A DNA stretch of 27,281 nucleotides. It comes from Candidatus Asbonarchaeum danakilense (lineage in GTDB: Archaea; Nanohalarchaeota; Nanosalinia; Nanosalinales; Nanoanaerosalinaceae). Position numbers and translations under genes: made by a program. The stretch lies in NCBI GenBank assembly GCA_034190465.1, contig JAXINV010000003.1, positions 18,666 through 45,946 on the forward strand. The letters run 5' to 3'. How positions within the stretch are numbered: position 1 is the first letter of the stretch; each line of letters opens with the position of its first letter. The notes beneath the pieces were generated by a model. It had not been told where the DNA came from, did not search any database, and worked only from the letters and a program-made list of their open reading frames with translations. Below, piece by piece: positions 7,503 to 15,969 of this stretch.

Positions 7503-8546
7503 ATGCCAGCGTCGACCTTCACATTCACACTGCCGGTCCTCGGCGAGATGGCGTTCCAAAATCTGACACTACCAGCAGTCGTCATCGGCGGACTGATCGA
7601 CTCCGTCAACCCGTGCGCCATGGGCGTACTCATCTTCCTCATGACCTACCTGACCAAGGTCTTCGATGACCGGTCACACGCACTCATCGGCGGGCTGCTG
7701 TACACCACTGCCGTCTACATCACCTACCTCCTCTCCGGCATAGGCCTCATGGCAGCGTTGAAACAGACGGCGCCAATCGTCTTCCTCGGCATCGCCGCAG
7801 CCGGCTTCATCCTCTTCCTCCTGCTGAACAAGGTGTACAGCGACGGCAGCCACTGGGTCGCAAGCACCGTCAAATACTTCGGAGCCGCCATCGGCGGGTT
7901 CGCCGTACTCCTTGCCATCATCGCCTCCGTGCCGCAGGAGGTGGCATCGTACTGGTTCTACTGGGTCGCGACATTCATCGCGTTCTCAGCCGCTGCATTC
8001 GAGATCAAAGACTTCTTCTGGTACGGCAAAGGCGTCTCCATGGACATGAGCATCATCCCCGGCGCCTCCGAACGGATCAAGATGTGGACCAACAGGATGG
8101 AGGAAACATCCGCCAGCGACGCCCGGCTCGCTCTCCTATTGACCATCCCGATCGGGTTCGGGGCCGCAGCGTTCGAACTGCCGTGCACAGGCCAGGTCTA
8201 CCTCGCCATCCTGGGCATGATCAACGCATCAGGAGTACCCATAGCGACCTGGGTCCCATTACTGCTACTGTACAACCTCATCTTCGTCGCACCGCTGCTC
8301 ATCATCACCGCCCTCATGTACGTAGGCATGTCATCAGAACGGCTCGAGTCCTGGAGGAAAGAGAACAGACGGTTTATGCGGCTCGGCATCGGTCTGTTCC
8401 TCTACGCGCTGGGCGGCTTCCTGCTCTGGTTCACCGTCAACCAGTTCCCGAACCAGCCCACGCTCGAGCCGATGGGCTTCCTGCTGTTCGCCAGCCAGGT
8501 CAGCATCATCGGCTACATCATCTACAAAGGCTACCTGCAGCGGTAG
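7503..8546 (+). CDS. CcdA/DsbD-beta-like transmembrane electron transporter
   Basis: DSVNPCA and FELPCTG paired Pro-Cys motifs, LLLYNLIFVAPL, multiple TM helices. Confidence 0.82.
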   Translation: MPASTFTFTLPVLGEMAFQNLTLPAVVIGGLIDSVNPCAMGVLIFLMTYLTKVFDDRSHALIGGLLYTTAVYITYLLSGIGLMAALKQTAPIVFLGIAAAGFILFLLLNKVYSDGSHWVASTVKYFGAAIGGFAVLLAIIASVPQEVASYWFYWVATFIAFSAAAFEIKDFFWYGKGVSMDMSIIPGASERIKMWTNRMEETSASDARLALLLTIPIGFGAAAFELPCTGQVYLAILGMINASGVPIATWVPLLLLYNLIFVAPLLIITALMYVGMSSERLESWRKENRRFMRLGIGLFLYALGGFLLWFTVNQFPNQPTLEPMGFLLFASQVSIIGYIIYKGYLQR

Positions 8547-8606
8547 CCGGACAGTGAACCAAACTATAAAAAGGTTCCACGACCGGTTTGGTTCAGGTGC
8601 ATTCTC

Positions 8607-8783
8607 ATGCAGTACACCGTCACAGGCGAGGCCGACATGGGCAGGGAAACACAGCCCTTCGAGAAAGAAATCGAGGCCGAGTCCGAAGACCACGCCAGAG
8701 AGATAATCTACAGTGAATTCGGGAGCAAACACGGCGCCTCACGGGCGAACGTGACCATAGACAGCGTCGAGGAACAGGGCTAA
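8607..8783 (+). CDS. rpl18a: 50S ribosomal protein eL20 (L18Ae/LX)
   Basis: Missing from the ORF track (58 aa): MQYTVTGEADMGRETQPFEKEIEAESEDHAREIIYSEFGSKHG... It has the GSKH motif, an AGGTG SD, TATAAAA near 8566, and the conserved position upstream of pfdA-ftsY. Confidence 0.93.
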   Translation: MQYTVTGEADMGRETQPFEKEIEAESEDHAREIIYSEFGSKHGASRANVTIDSVEEQG

Positions 8784-8787
8784 ATCC

Positions 8788-9249
8788 ATGCCGGACACCG
8801 AAGAGATGAGCCAGCAGGAGATGCAGGAAAAGATCCAGCGGTATCAGCAGCTCCAGCAGCAGATCGAGGCCCTCCAGGAATACCAGGAAGAAATCGAGGA
8901 ACAGATCGACGAACTCGACGACACACAGGACGCCATCGACGAGATCGGTGAATCAGAGGAAGGCAAGGAACTGCTCGTCCCCGTCGGCTCGGGAGCGTTC
9001 GCCGTCGCCGAGATCAAGGACACCGACGAGATCCTCGTCAATATCGGCGCCGACACCATGGCCAAGAAACCGATCGACGAGGCCAAAGAACTGCTTGACG
9101 ACCGCAAAGACGAGATGGAGGATGCACAGGACCGCATCCAGGACAACCTCGAAGAAGACCAGCAGGAGATGCAGGACCTGATGCCCGCCATCCAGCAGAT
9201 GCAGCAGAAGATGCAGCAACAACAGGGCCACGCCGGCCACGACCACTAG
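8788..9249 (+). CDS. pfdA: Prefoldin subunit alpha
   Basis: Coiled coils flanking ELLVPVGSGAF...EILVNIGA; archaeal LX-pfdA-ftsY synteny. Confidence 0.95.
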   Translation: MPDTEEMSQQEMQEKIQRYQQLQQQIEALQEYQEEIEEQIDELDDTQDAIDEIGESEEGKELLVPVGSGAFAVAEIKDTDEILVNIGADTMAKKPIDEAKELLDDRKDEMEDAQDRIQDNLEEDQQEMQDLMPAIQQMQQKMQQQQGHAGHDH

Positions 9250-9253
9250 CGCG

Positions 9254-10150
9254 ATGTTCGACAACCTCAAGGACTCGATCAAAGACTTCTCAAGCAAGGC
9301 CAAATCCGCCGTCGCAGAGAAAGAACTCGACGAGGACGACGTCGACGACATGCTCTGGGAATTCGAGATGGAACTCCTCCAGAACAACGTCGCTCAGGAC
9401 GTCGTCGACCAGCTGATCGACGACCTGCGGGACGACCTCGTCGGCGCAAGCATCACACGGACCAAGGTCGGCGACTACATCACCGAATCAGTCCAGGACG
9501 CCGTCCGTGACGTCCTCCGGCCCGCAGACGTCTCCATCCAGGACATCGCCGACCGCGACGAGCCCGGCCTCGTCCTGTTCATGGGGTTCAACGGCTCCGG
9601 CAAGACCACCACCATCGCCAAGGTCGCCGACATGCTGCAGGACGACCACTCCGTCCTGCTCGCCGCCGGCGACACGTTCAGGTCAGCGGCGATCGACCAG
9701 CTGGAGGAGCACGGCGACGAGCTCGACCTGAAGGTCATCTCCCACGACTACGGCAGCGACCCCGCCGCCGTCATCTACGACGCCAAGGAACACGCGGAGA
9801 AGGAGAGCATCGACATCGTCCTCGCCGACACCGCAGGGCGGAGCCACGAAGACGCCAACCTGATGGACCAGCTGGACAAGATCTGCCGGGTCAACGAGCC
9901 AGACATGAAGATCCTCGTCGTCGACGCATTAGCAGGCAACGACGTCGTCGAACAGGCGGAGAAATACGAGGAGATCGGGTTCGACGCCATCGTCATCACC
10001 AAGATCGACGTCGACAAGAAAGGCGGCGCAGCACTCTCCCTCGGCTACGTCACCGGCAAGCCGATCCTTTACCTCGGCACAGGCCAGGACTACGACGACC
10101 TGGAACCGTTCGACCCCGACAAGATGGCCGAACAGCTGGTCGGGGAGTGA
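9254..10150 (+). CDS. ftsY: SRP receptor FtsY (NG domain only)
   Basis: GFNGSGKTTTIAK, GDTFR, DTAGR, TKID, KGGAA, GTGQDY. Confidence 0.97.
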   Translation: MFDNLKDSIKDFSSKAKSAVAEKELDEDDVDDMLWEFEMELLQNNVAQDVVDQLIDDLRDDLVGASITRTKVGDYITESVQDAVRDVLRPADVSIQDIADRDEPGLVLFMGFNGSGKTTTIAKVADMLQDDHSVLLAAGDTFRSAAIDQLEEHGDELDLKVISHDYGSDPAAVIYDAKEHAEKESIDIVLADTAGRSHEDANLMDQLDKICRVNEPDMKILVVDALAGNDVVEQAEKYEEIGFDAIVITKIDVDKKGGAALSLGYVTGKPILYLGTGQDYDDLEPFDPDKMAEQLVGE

Positions 10151-10158
10151 CGCAGCAC

Positions 10159-11058
10159 TCAGTCAAAGCTCCATTCTTCCTCCGCAGCTTCCAGATCAAG
10201 GCCTTCAGCCACACGTTCCCCGGATTCGCCACGGACACGGTGGTGCCCCGCGTGTTTCTCCGCGAACGGATCGACGTAATAGCTGTCCAGGAAGAACGCG
10301 TCTTTCTCCGGGTATGAGACCACAGTCATCCAGGTCCAGGTCACCATATCATCGGCCAGCGACTCCTCGAAGTAGTCCTCATCCAAGTCATCGATCCTCT
10401 CCCACTGCTCCCCGATGCTCGACGCCAGGTCATCGACAGCCACCAACTCCTTAAACGGCCAGACAGCCGCTGACGATACCGCGTCATCAGGGATCGTATC
10501 AACCGGCTCCTCTCCCTCAAGCTTCGCCCTGTAACGTTGCTCAGGTGCCGGTACACCGCCGTCATAGCCCTCCATCACGAAACACTTCCCATCCAGCCTG
10601 ACCTCGTCAAAGTGCTCCACGAACGGCCGCATGAACGAGCTGTCCAAGAACTCCTCCCCGTCATACTCGTCGTGGCTGGCTCCCGTCCGGACGATATCGC
10701 CATCCTCAGCCAGCACACGGAACACATCACTGGCCTCCAGGTTGACAGGGCCAGCCGTCCCGTGGTTGAAGACCGCACCGCCGTAGACAACATCGAACGA
10801 ATCATCCTCAAACGGGAGCTGTTGCGCATCCGCCACCGCCTGTTCAGCCTCATCGTATTCCGCGACAGCATCCGCCACCGCGGCAAGGTCCTGTCCGTCG
10901 TGGTCGACCTGCACCACATCAACAGAATCATCCGTCAGGTACGCAAGATCCGGCGTCCTGCCGCAGCCAAGATCCAGCACCCGTACATCCCCGTACGACC
11001 GTAGCTGCTTCGCGGTCTCCTCGCCGTACGTTGCAGGGACCTTCAGGTCGGGCGGCAT
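10159..11058 (-). CDS. Class I SAM-dependent methyltransferase with extra C-terminal region
   Basis: VLDLGCG, VQVD, ADAQQLPFEDDSFDVV, FRVLAEDG. Confidence 0.82.
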   Translation of the reverse strand: MPPDLKVPATYGEETAKQLRSYGDVRVLDLGCGRTPDLAYLTDDSVDVVQVDHDGQDLAAVADAVAEYDEAEQAVADAQQLPFEDDSFDVVYGGAVFNHGTAGPVNLEASDVFRVLAEDGDIVRTGASHDEYDGEEFLDSSFMRPFVEHFDEVRLDGKCFVMEGYDGGVPAPEQRYRAKLEGEEPVDTIPDDAVSSAAVWPFKELVAVDDLASSIGEQWERIDDLDEDYFEESLADDMVTWTWMTVVSYPEKDAFFLDSYYVDPFAEKHAGHHRVRGESGERVAEGLDLEAAEEEWSFD

Positions 11059-11089
11059 ACCCGGATGTTGTCACAACGGAGTTAAAAAT

Positions 11090-11377
11090 CTACGCATCCT
11101 CGTCGGCTTCCGCGGCCTTCCGTGCCTCCTGCTCCTTCTCAAGCATCTCCGGCAGCGCGTCGAGCACGTGCTGGACCGCGTCCTCGTCGACCGGGACCGT
11201 GAACCGTTTCTTGTACCGGTCGCCGTCCTCGCTGTAGTAGCCCGTCGCGATCTGGAGGAACGTGTTCTCACTGCCGTCCTCCTGGATCGCCTTGTTCCGG
11301 GAGACCTCGATGAAGTTTTCACCGCCGAAATCGCCGTAATCCTTCCGATCCTTCTCGATCGTCTCGAACTCAACCAT
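11090..11377 (-). CDS. Small hypothetical protein, possible PC4/PUR-like ss-nucleic-acid-binding fold
   Basis: GGTGA SD before ATG 11377. Four beta-strands plus a C-terminal helix pattern (NFIEVSR, FLQIATGY, KRFTVP, VQHVLDAL). Confidence 0.6.
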   Translation of the reverse strand: MVEFETIEKDRKDYGDFGGENFIEVSRNKAIQEDGSENTFLQIATGYYSEDGDRYKKRFTVPVDEDAVQHVLDALPEMLEKEQEARKAAEADEDA

Positions 11378-11474
11378 CGGTATCACCCGTCCATGGGGCG
11401 TGCAGTTTCTTAAACCGGGGGTCTGATTCCAGTCAGCGAAACAGGTTTAAGACCGGATCCCGCACAGATAGCGC

Positions 11475-12050
11475 ATGACGAAAGACCGAGAAGATGCTGC
11501 ACTCGACGCCATCTCCAAATTCAATCACCTCCTCATCCCGCTCGCCGTTCTCGCCGCAGGCATCGGCGGTTTCATGCTGTTCTTCAAACTCATCGGCTTC
11601 GCCGTCCTCGCAGGTGGGGCCGAGGCAGGGGTCGGCTGGCTGCCCACCGCCTTCGCCATGGGTGCCGCAGAACCACTCCTCAAGCCAGGACCCGGCCCCA
11701 CGAGCTTCAGCGGGCTGCTCGTCTACACCGTCCTCAGCGTTCTCCAGTTCGTCATCATCCTCGGCCTGCTGTACATCTCCACGCGCGGACTGCAGGAGAG
11801 GATGGCCGTCGGCTGGTACGCCACCATCGCCTTCTACGGCGCCGCGCTCATCCTCATCGACAGCATCCTCATCCGGCTCGGCTGCCTGCTGTTCCTCTAC
11901 CTCGCCTGGAAGGGGCGGGAGACCGTCAGCTTCGACAGCGACAGCGGGACCGAACTCAGACAGCTCCGCGCCACCCTTCGCGACGACATCCACCACTTCC
12001 GCGAGGGCAACATCGACAAACTGTTCCCCGACGAAGAACGCACAAGCTGA
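11475..12050 (+). CDS. Hypothetical polytopic membrane protein
   Basis: About 4-5 hydrophobic segments; TTTAAG about 28 nt upstream. Confidence 0.75.
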   Translation: MTKDREDAALDAISKFNHLLIPLAVLAAGIGGFMLFFKLIGFAVLAGGAEAGVGWLPTAFAMGAAEPLLKPGPGPTSFSGLLVYTVLSVLQFVIILGLLYISTRGLQERMAVGWYATIAFYGAALILIDSILIRLGCLLFLYLAWKGRETVSFDSDSGTELRQLRATLRDDIHHFREGNIDKLFPDEERTS

Positions 12051-12142
12051 CTACTCGACAGTGATGACTATTTAAAAGTGCGGCACGCATATTGACAGAG
12101 ATACAAAAGAATTGACCGTGCACAGCGGAGTGACGTAGGAAC

Positions 12143-13261
12143 ATGCGATTCGACGAACTAGACATTTCTCAGGAGACCATCGAACGGTTGCAGGACGAAG
12201 GCATAAACGAACCGACAGAAGTACAGCAAGAGTCCATTCCACCCATCTTCGACGGCAGAGACGTGCTCGTCGAATCAGAGACCGGTTCAGGCAAGACACT
12301 CGGCTTCTCCCTGCCACTCATCGAACAGCTCAGCGGCGACAGGACGCAGGCCCTCATCCTCACACCCACCCGCGAACTCGCCAAACAGGTCGCCCGTGAG
12401 ATCAAGCGATTCTCCGGCGACAGCATCGACGTCGTCACCATCTACGGCGGTGTCAGCTACGACCCACAGATCGAAGGCGCCAAGACCGCCAACATCGTCG
12501 TCGGCACGCCTGGACGTGTGCTCGACCTGCTGAAGAACGACCAGCTACAGGTCGGTGACATCGACTACTTCGTGCTCGACGAGGCCGACCGGATGCTCGA
12601 CATGGGATTCCAGGACGAGCTCGAAGGCATCATGAGCTTCTGCCCCGAGGAGCGGCAGAACCTCCTGTTCGGTGCCACCATCCCACGCGACCTCAAAGAT
12701 CTCTGCGCCAGGTATGAGATCGATCCAGAGACCATCCGCATCGACCGGACGAAACATACAGCCAACCTCGAACAGTACTACATCGACGTCAAGCCCAACA
12801 GGAAGATCTCCCTACTGTACACCCTGCTGGAAAAGGTCGACAACGATCTCAGCCTCGTCTTCTGCCGGACCAAGAACACCACCCGGTTCGTCGCCGAGGC
12901 CCTGCAGAAGAACGGCATCAACGCCGAATCCCTCAACGGCGACATGTCCCAGCACCAGCGAGAGGAGACCGTCAAGCGTTTCAAGAACCATGAAATCAAG
13001 GTTATCGTCGCGACCGACGTCGCCGCGCGTGGCATCCACGTCGACGACATCAGCCACGTCTTCAACTACGACGTCCCGGACACCCCCGACACCTACACCC
13101 ACCGGGTCGGACGGACCGCCCGCCAGGGTAGCGAGGGCACAGCGATCACCCTGCTCGAGAAAGACCAGCACAGCCGGTTCCGCAAGATTCACCGCGAGAA
13201 CCGGGACCTCGAACGCATGGACCGGGACGAGATCGACCTCAAGGACGCCAAGATCCCGTGA
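12143..13261 (+). CDS. DEAD-box RNA helicase (core only)
   Basis: Q motif, ETGSGKT, PTRELA, TPGR, DEAD, GAT (motif III), ARGIH, HRVGRTAR. Confidence 0.96.
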   Translation: MRFDELDISQETIERLQDEGINEPTEVQQESIPPIFDGRDVLVESETGSGKTLGFSLPLIEQLSGDRTQALILTPTRELAKQVAREIKRFSGDSIDVVTIYGGVSYDPQIEGAKTANIVVGTPGRVLDLLKNDQLQVGDIDYFVLDEADRMLDMGFQDELEGIMSFCPEERQNLLFGATIPRDLKDLCARYEIDPETIRIDRTKHTANLEQYYIDVKPNRKISLLYTLLEKVDNDLSLVFCRTKNTTRFVAEALQKNGINAESLNGDMSQHQREETVKRFKNHEIKVIVATDVAARGIHVDDISHVFNYDVPDTPDTYTHRVGRTARQGSEGTAITLLEKDQHSRFRKIHRENRDLERMDRDEIDLKDAKIP

Positions 13262-13317
13262 TGCCGGGGAGACAGACAGGGAACACCATTATAACCATCC
13301 ACGGGAAATGGCTGGGT

Positions 13318-13986
13318 ATGCGACGAACACTCCTTATCACCGGCGTCCTTGCACTCACAGTCCTCGCTGGCTGCACCTCCCCGACAAACCAGACAGGCGC
13401 AGAAGGGACGTTCGAACTCCTCATCAGCGACCAACCGGCCGACATCGAAGATTTCTCAAGCCTGACCGTCACGTTCAGCGAGGCACGGGTCTTTCCCGCT
13501 GAGGCGGCCGACGAACCAGCGAACGAGACAGACGCCGCTGCGAACGACACCGAGGAAGACGTCAACGAGAGCGAGAATGCCGACTTCCGGACCATCGACA
13601 TCAATGGCAGGAGCGTCGACCTGACCACCGTCATCGGCATGAACGCGACCTCGATCGTCAACGCCTCACTTCCCGCGGGCAACTACTCCAAGATCGAACT
13701 GCACGTCACCCAGGCGGTCGGCATTGTCAACGGGTCGCAGGTCAGTGTCAAGGTGCCCAGCGAGAAGCTTCAGATCACCAAGAGCTTCGAGATCAGCCCT
13801 AATACCACAACTTCGTTCGTCTTCGACATTCACGTCGTCAAGCGCGGCAGAGCAGGCGGCTACATCCTCCGACCAGTCATCACCGCCAGCGGCGTCGTCG
13901 GTGAAGGCGTCGAACAGCCCGCCACCGGTGGTCGGCCCGCGGAGATCCCTGAGCAGGGCGGCCCCGCCAACACCCCCGGCACGTGA
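13318..13986 (+). CDS. DUF4382-like secreted lipoprotein
   Basis: Signal peptide with lipobox LAGC; LLISDQP, VDLT, LPAGNYSKIEL, VKVPSEKL, FVFDI, YILRP. TTATAA at 13289. Confidence 0.8.
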   Translation: MRRTLLITGVLALTVLAGCTSPTNQTGAEGTFELLISDQPADIEDFSSLTVTFSEARVFPAEAADEPANETDAAANDTEEDVNESENADFRTIDINGRSVDLTTVIGMNATSIVNASLPAGNYSKIELHVTQAVGIVNGSQVSVKVPSEKLQITKSFEISPNTTTSFVFDIHVVKRGRAGGYILRPVITASGVVGEGVEQPATGGRPAEIPEQGGPANTPGT

Positions 13987-14027
13987 GCCGGGCAAGATTT
14001 ATAACCATGTAGAGGTAACAACGCCAC

Positions 14028-14528
14028 ATGGTCGAGATTGAGACCTTCGACGGTGACGGCGGAGAATACAGCCTCACCCCATACGTCCGCATCCATGACG
14101 ACGACGGCGTCAGAGCCGAAATCTCCCGAATGGAGGACGAGGGACCGCAACTCGCCTACCAGTGGCAGAACCAGGTCACAGGCGAAGACGCCTACCGGCG
14201 CGGCATGCAGCTCATCAAACAGTTCGGGCTCGGCCCGGTCGAAGAAGTCTCCATCGGCCGCGTCACAGGCGAGGACAGCATCTCCGTCGAAGGCGAACGA
14301 GACCATCTGTACGAAACCATCAGGGAACGCCTCGAAAAAGACGAAGATCAGGCCCAGGCCATCGTCATCGAGGCAGAGCACGGGAGCTACGAGAACGACT
14401 GGTCCAACGGCTACGAGAACCTCGAAGCCCCGCACAGCGACGACATCCTCGACTTCGCACTCGACCAGGCAGACATCGACGACGCCTACGACACCGTTCT
14501 CAGCGGCATCGACGAAACACTCCTGTAG
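14028..14528 (+). CDS. Hypothetical acidic protein
   Basis: Host-like codon usage; TTTATAA at 13998-14004; no family recognised. Confidence 0.7.
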   Translation: MVEIETFDGDGGEYSLTPYVRIHDDDGVRAEISRMEDEGPQLAYQWQNQVTGEDAYRRGMQLIKQFGLGPVEEVSIGRVTGEDSISVEGERDHLYETIRERLEKDEDQAQAIVIEAEHGSYENDWSNGYENLEAPHSDDILDFALDQADIDDAYDTVLSGIDETLL

Positions 14529-14540
14529 CCCTTCCAGCGC

Positions 14541-15341
14541 TCAACGGTCCGGCAGGCGGAGCAGCGACGTATCACCGAACAGCTTCGGTTCCAGACCACG
14601 CCGCTCATACACGACAGCCGGCAGACCGATATCCGCCGTCCACAACTCGCCAGCATTCTCCCCGTCCAGCCCCCGTTTGGCCGCACCGAGCATCACCGTC
14701 CTGTCCGCCTCCACGTGCGGGTCGAACAGCTCGCCAGCATCCGCTTCCACCCCCGACGGCACATCGACCGTCACCGTCTCCCCCGACGCGTCATTCACCG
14801 CCTCGATCAGCGTATCATACGGCTCTCGCGGCGCTCCTTCCAGTCCCGTGCCCAGCAGCGCATCCACGACCACAGCAGCGTGCCGGACCGGGTCGTCACG
14901 CAGCTCCACGTCCAGCCGTTCCAGGATCGACAGCTGTTCCGCCGGCAGGTCGTCCAGTTCGCGTGACGCCAGCACCACCGTCACATCAAAGCCCCAGCCG
15001 TCCAGCCGACGGGCAGCGACCAGGCCGTCACCGCCGTTGTTGCCAGCGCCCGCATAGATCACAACCCGGTCACCAGGGCCGCACAGCCGCCTGGCAAGAC
15101 CAGCCACCTGGTAACCCGCCTCCTGCATCAGCATCGCCGGCGTGATACCTATCTCCGCAGCTTCCTCCTCCATCGCCTCCATCTCCGCCGTCGAGACCGT
15201 TATATCCGCTCCAGAACCTTCCCGGCGGCGTGCCAGCATCACATCCTCACCGGCCAGCCGTGCGCCGCAGGAAGGGCAACGGTCGACCTCCTCTACCCTG
15301 TTCGTCGTATCACACGCCGGACAGTGGACAAGGTACTCCAT
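14541..15341 (-). CDS. nnrE: NAD(P)H-hydrate epimerase (YjeF_N) with N-terminal Cys4 zinc finger
   Basis: LMQEAG, GAGNNGGDGLVAAR, VDALLGTG, VDVPSG, ADIG; N-terminal CPAC...CPSC. Start at ATG 15341. Confidence 0.88.
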   Translation of the reverse strand: MEYLVHCPACDTTNRVEEVDRCPSCGARLAGEDVMLARRREGSGADITVSTAEMEAMEEEAAEIGITPAMLMQEAGYQVAGLARRLCGPGDRVVIYAGAGNNGGDGLVAARRLDGWGFDVTVVLASRELDDLPAEQLSILERLDVELRDDPVRHAAVVVDALLGTGLEGAPREPYDTLIEAVNDASGETVTVDVPSGVEADAGELFDPHVEADRTVMLGAAKRGLDGENAGELWTADIGLPAVVYERRGLEPKLFGDTSLLRLPDR

Positions 15342-15382
15342 AGAACAGCATGGGGCCGCCGGCCTCAAATAGCTGACGGCCG

Positions 15383-15898
15383 TCACAGCTCCCAGACGCG
15401 GTCCTCCGGGTACGTCACCGCCTCCTCAACCTCGTACTCCTTCCCCACCCGGTCCTCCACCTCGCGGAACAGCTGGTCCACGTGCGTATAACAGCAGCCG
15501 TTGATCTCCCCCGACAGCCGGATCACACCTCCCGACTCCAGATCCTCCACCAGCCCTGCCACATCGTCCTTCCCCTCCTCCGTGAGCAGTGCACTGGTCT
15601 CCTCCGTCGCTATATACTCCACCGTCTCCGGCTCGCCCAGGTACGACTCCGTCGCATCCTTCCAGCTGTCCGGGTACAGCACCACCGTCCTGTCACCGGT
15701 CACCGCCTCACCGAGATCGTCGAGGAACGCATCGTGCGTGTACTCCGTCCCGTACGTCGACGCCTCCGGGTGGAACACCGAGAAGCCAGGATGCACGACC
15801 ACATCAACGACCGCCTCGTCACCCTTCGACGGCGACACCCGCTCCGCGACCGCGGCAACGTCCTCATAGAACCGGTCCTCATACTCCAGTCGGTCCAT
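15383..15898 (-). CDS. Hypothetical protein (possible cysteine-hydrolase/isochorismatase-like fold)
   Basis: ATG 15898 with TTTTAA about 27 nt upstream. Motifs VVVHPGF and IRLSGEINGCC. The fold call is weak. Confidence 0.6.
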   Translation of the reverse strand: MDRLEYEDRFYEDVAAVAERVSPSKGDEAVVDVVVHPGFSVFHPEASTYGTEYTHDAFLDDLGEAVTGDRTVVLYPDSWKDATESYLGEPETVEYIATEETSALLTEEGKDDVAGLVEDLESGGVIRLSGEINGCCYTHVDQLFREVEDRVGKEYEVEEAVTYPEDRVWEL

Positions 15899-15969
15899 CG
15901 CCCCAAAAAATCCGGCGGCGAAGCTTAAAAAGGAGCCGTCCTCCAGCGGTCGGGGTTCAGAAGCGTTAA

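Noticed and set aside
12061..12135. GTGATGA C-box-like motif suggesting a C/D sRNA
   Set aside because: No properly spaced CTGA D/D' boxes, and it overlaps the helicase TATA region.
13258..13317. Upstream in-frame start for the DUF4382 gene overlapping the helicase stop
   Set aside because: It would bury the signal peptide and spans the TATA at 13289; ATG 13318 is preferred.
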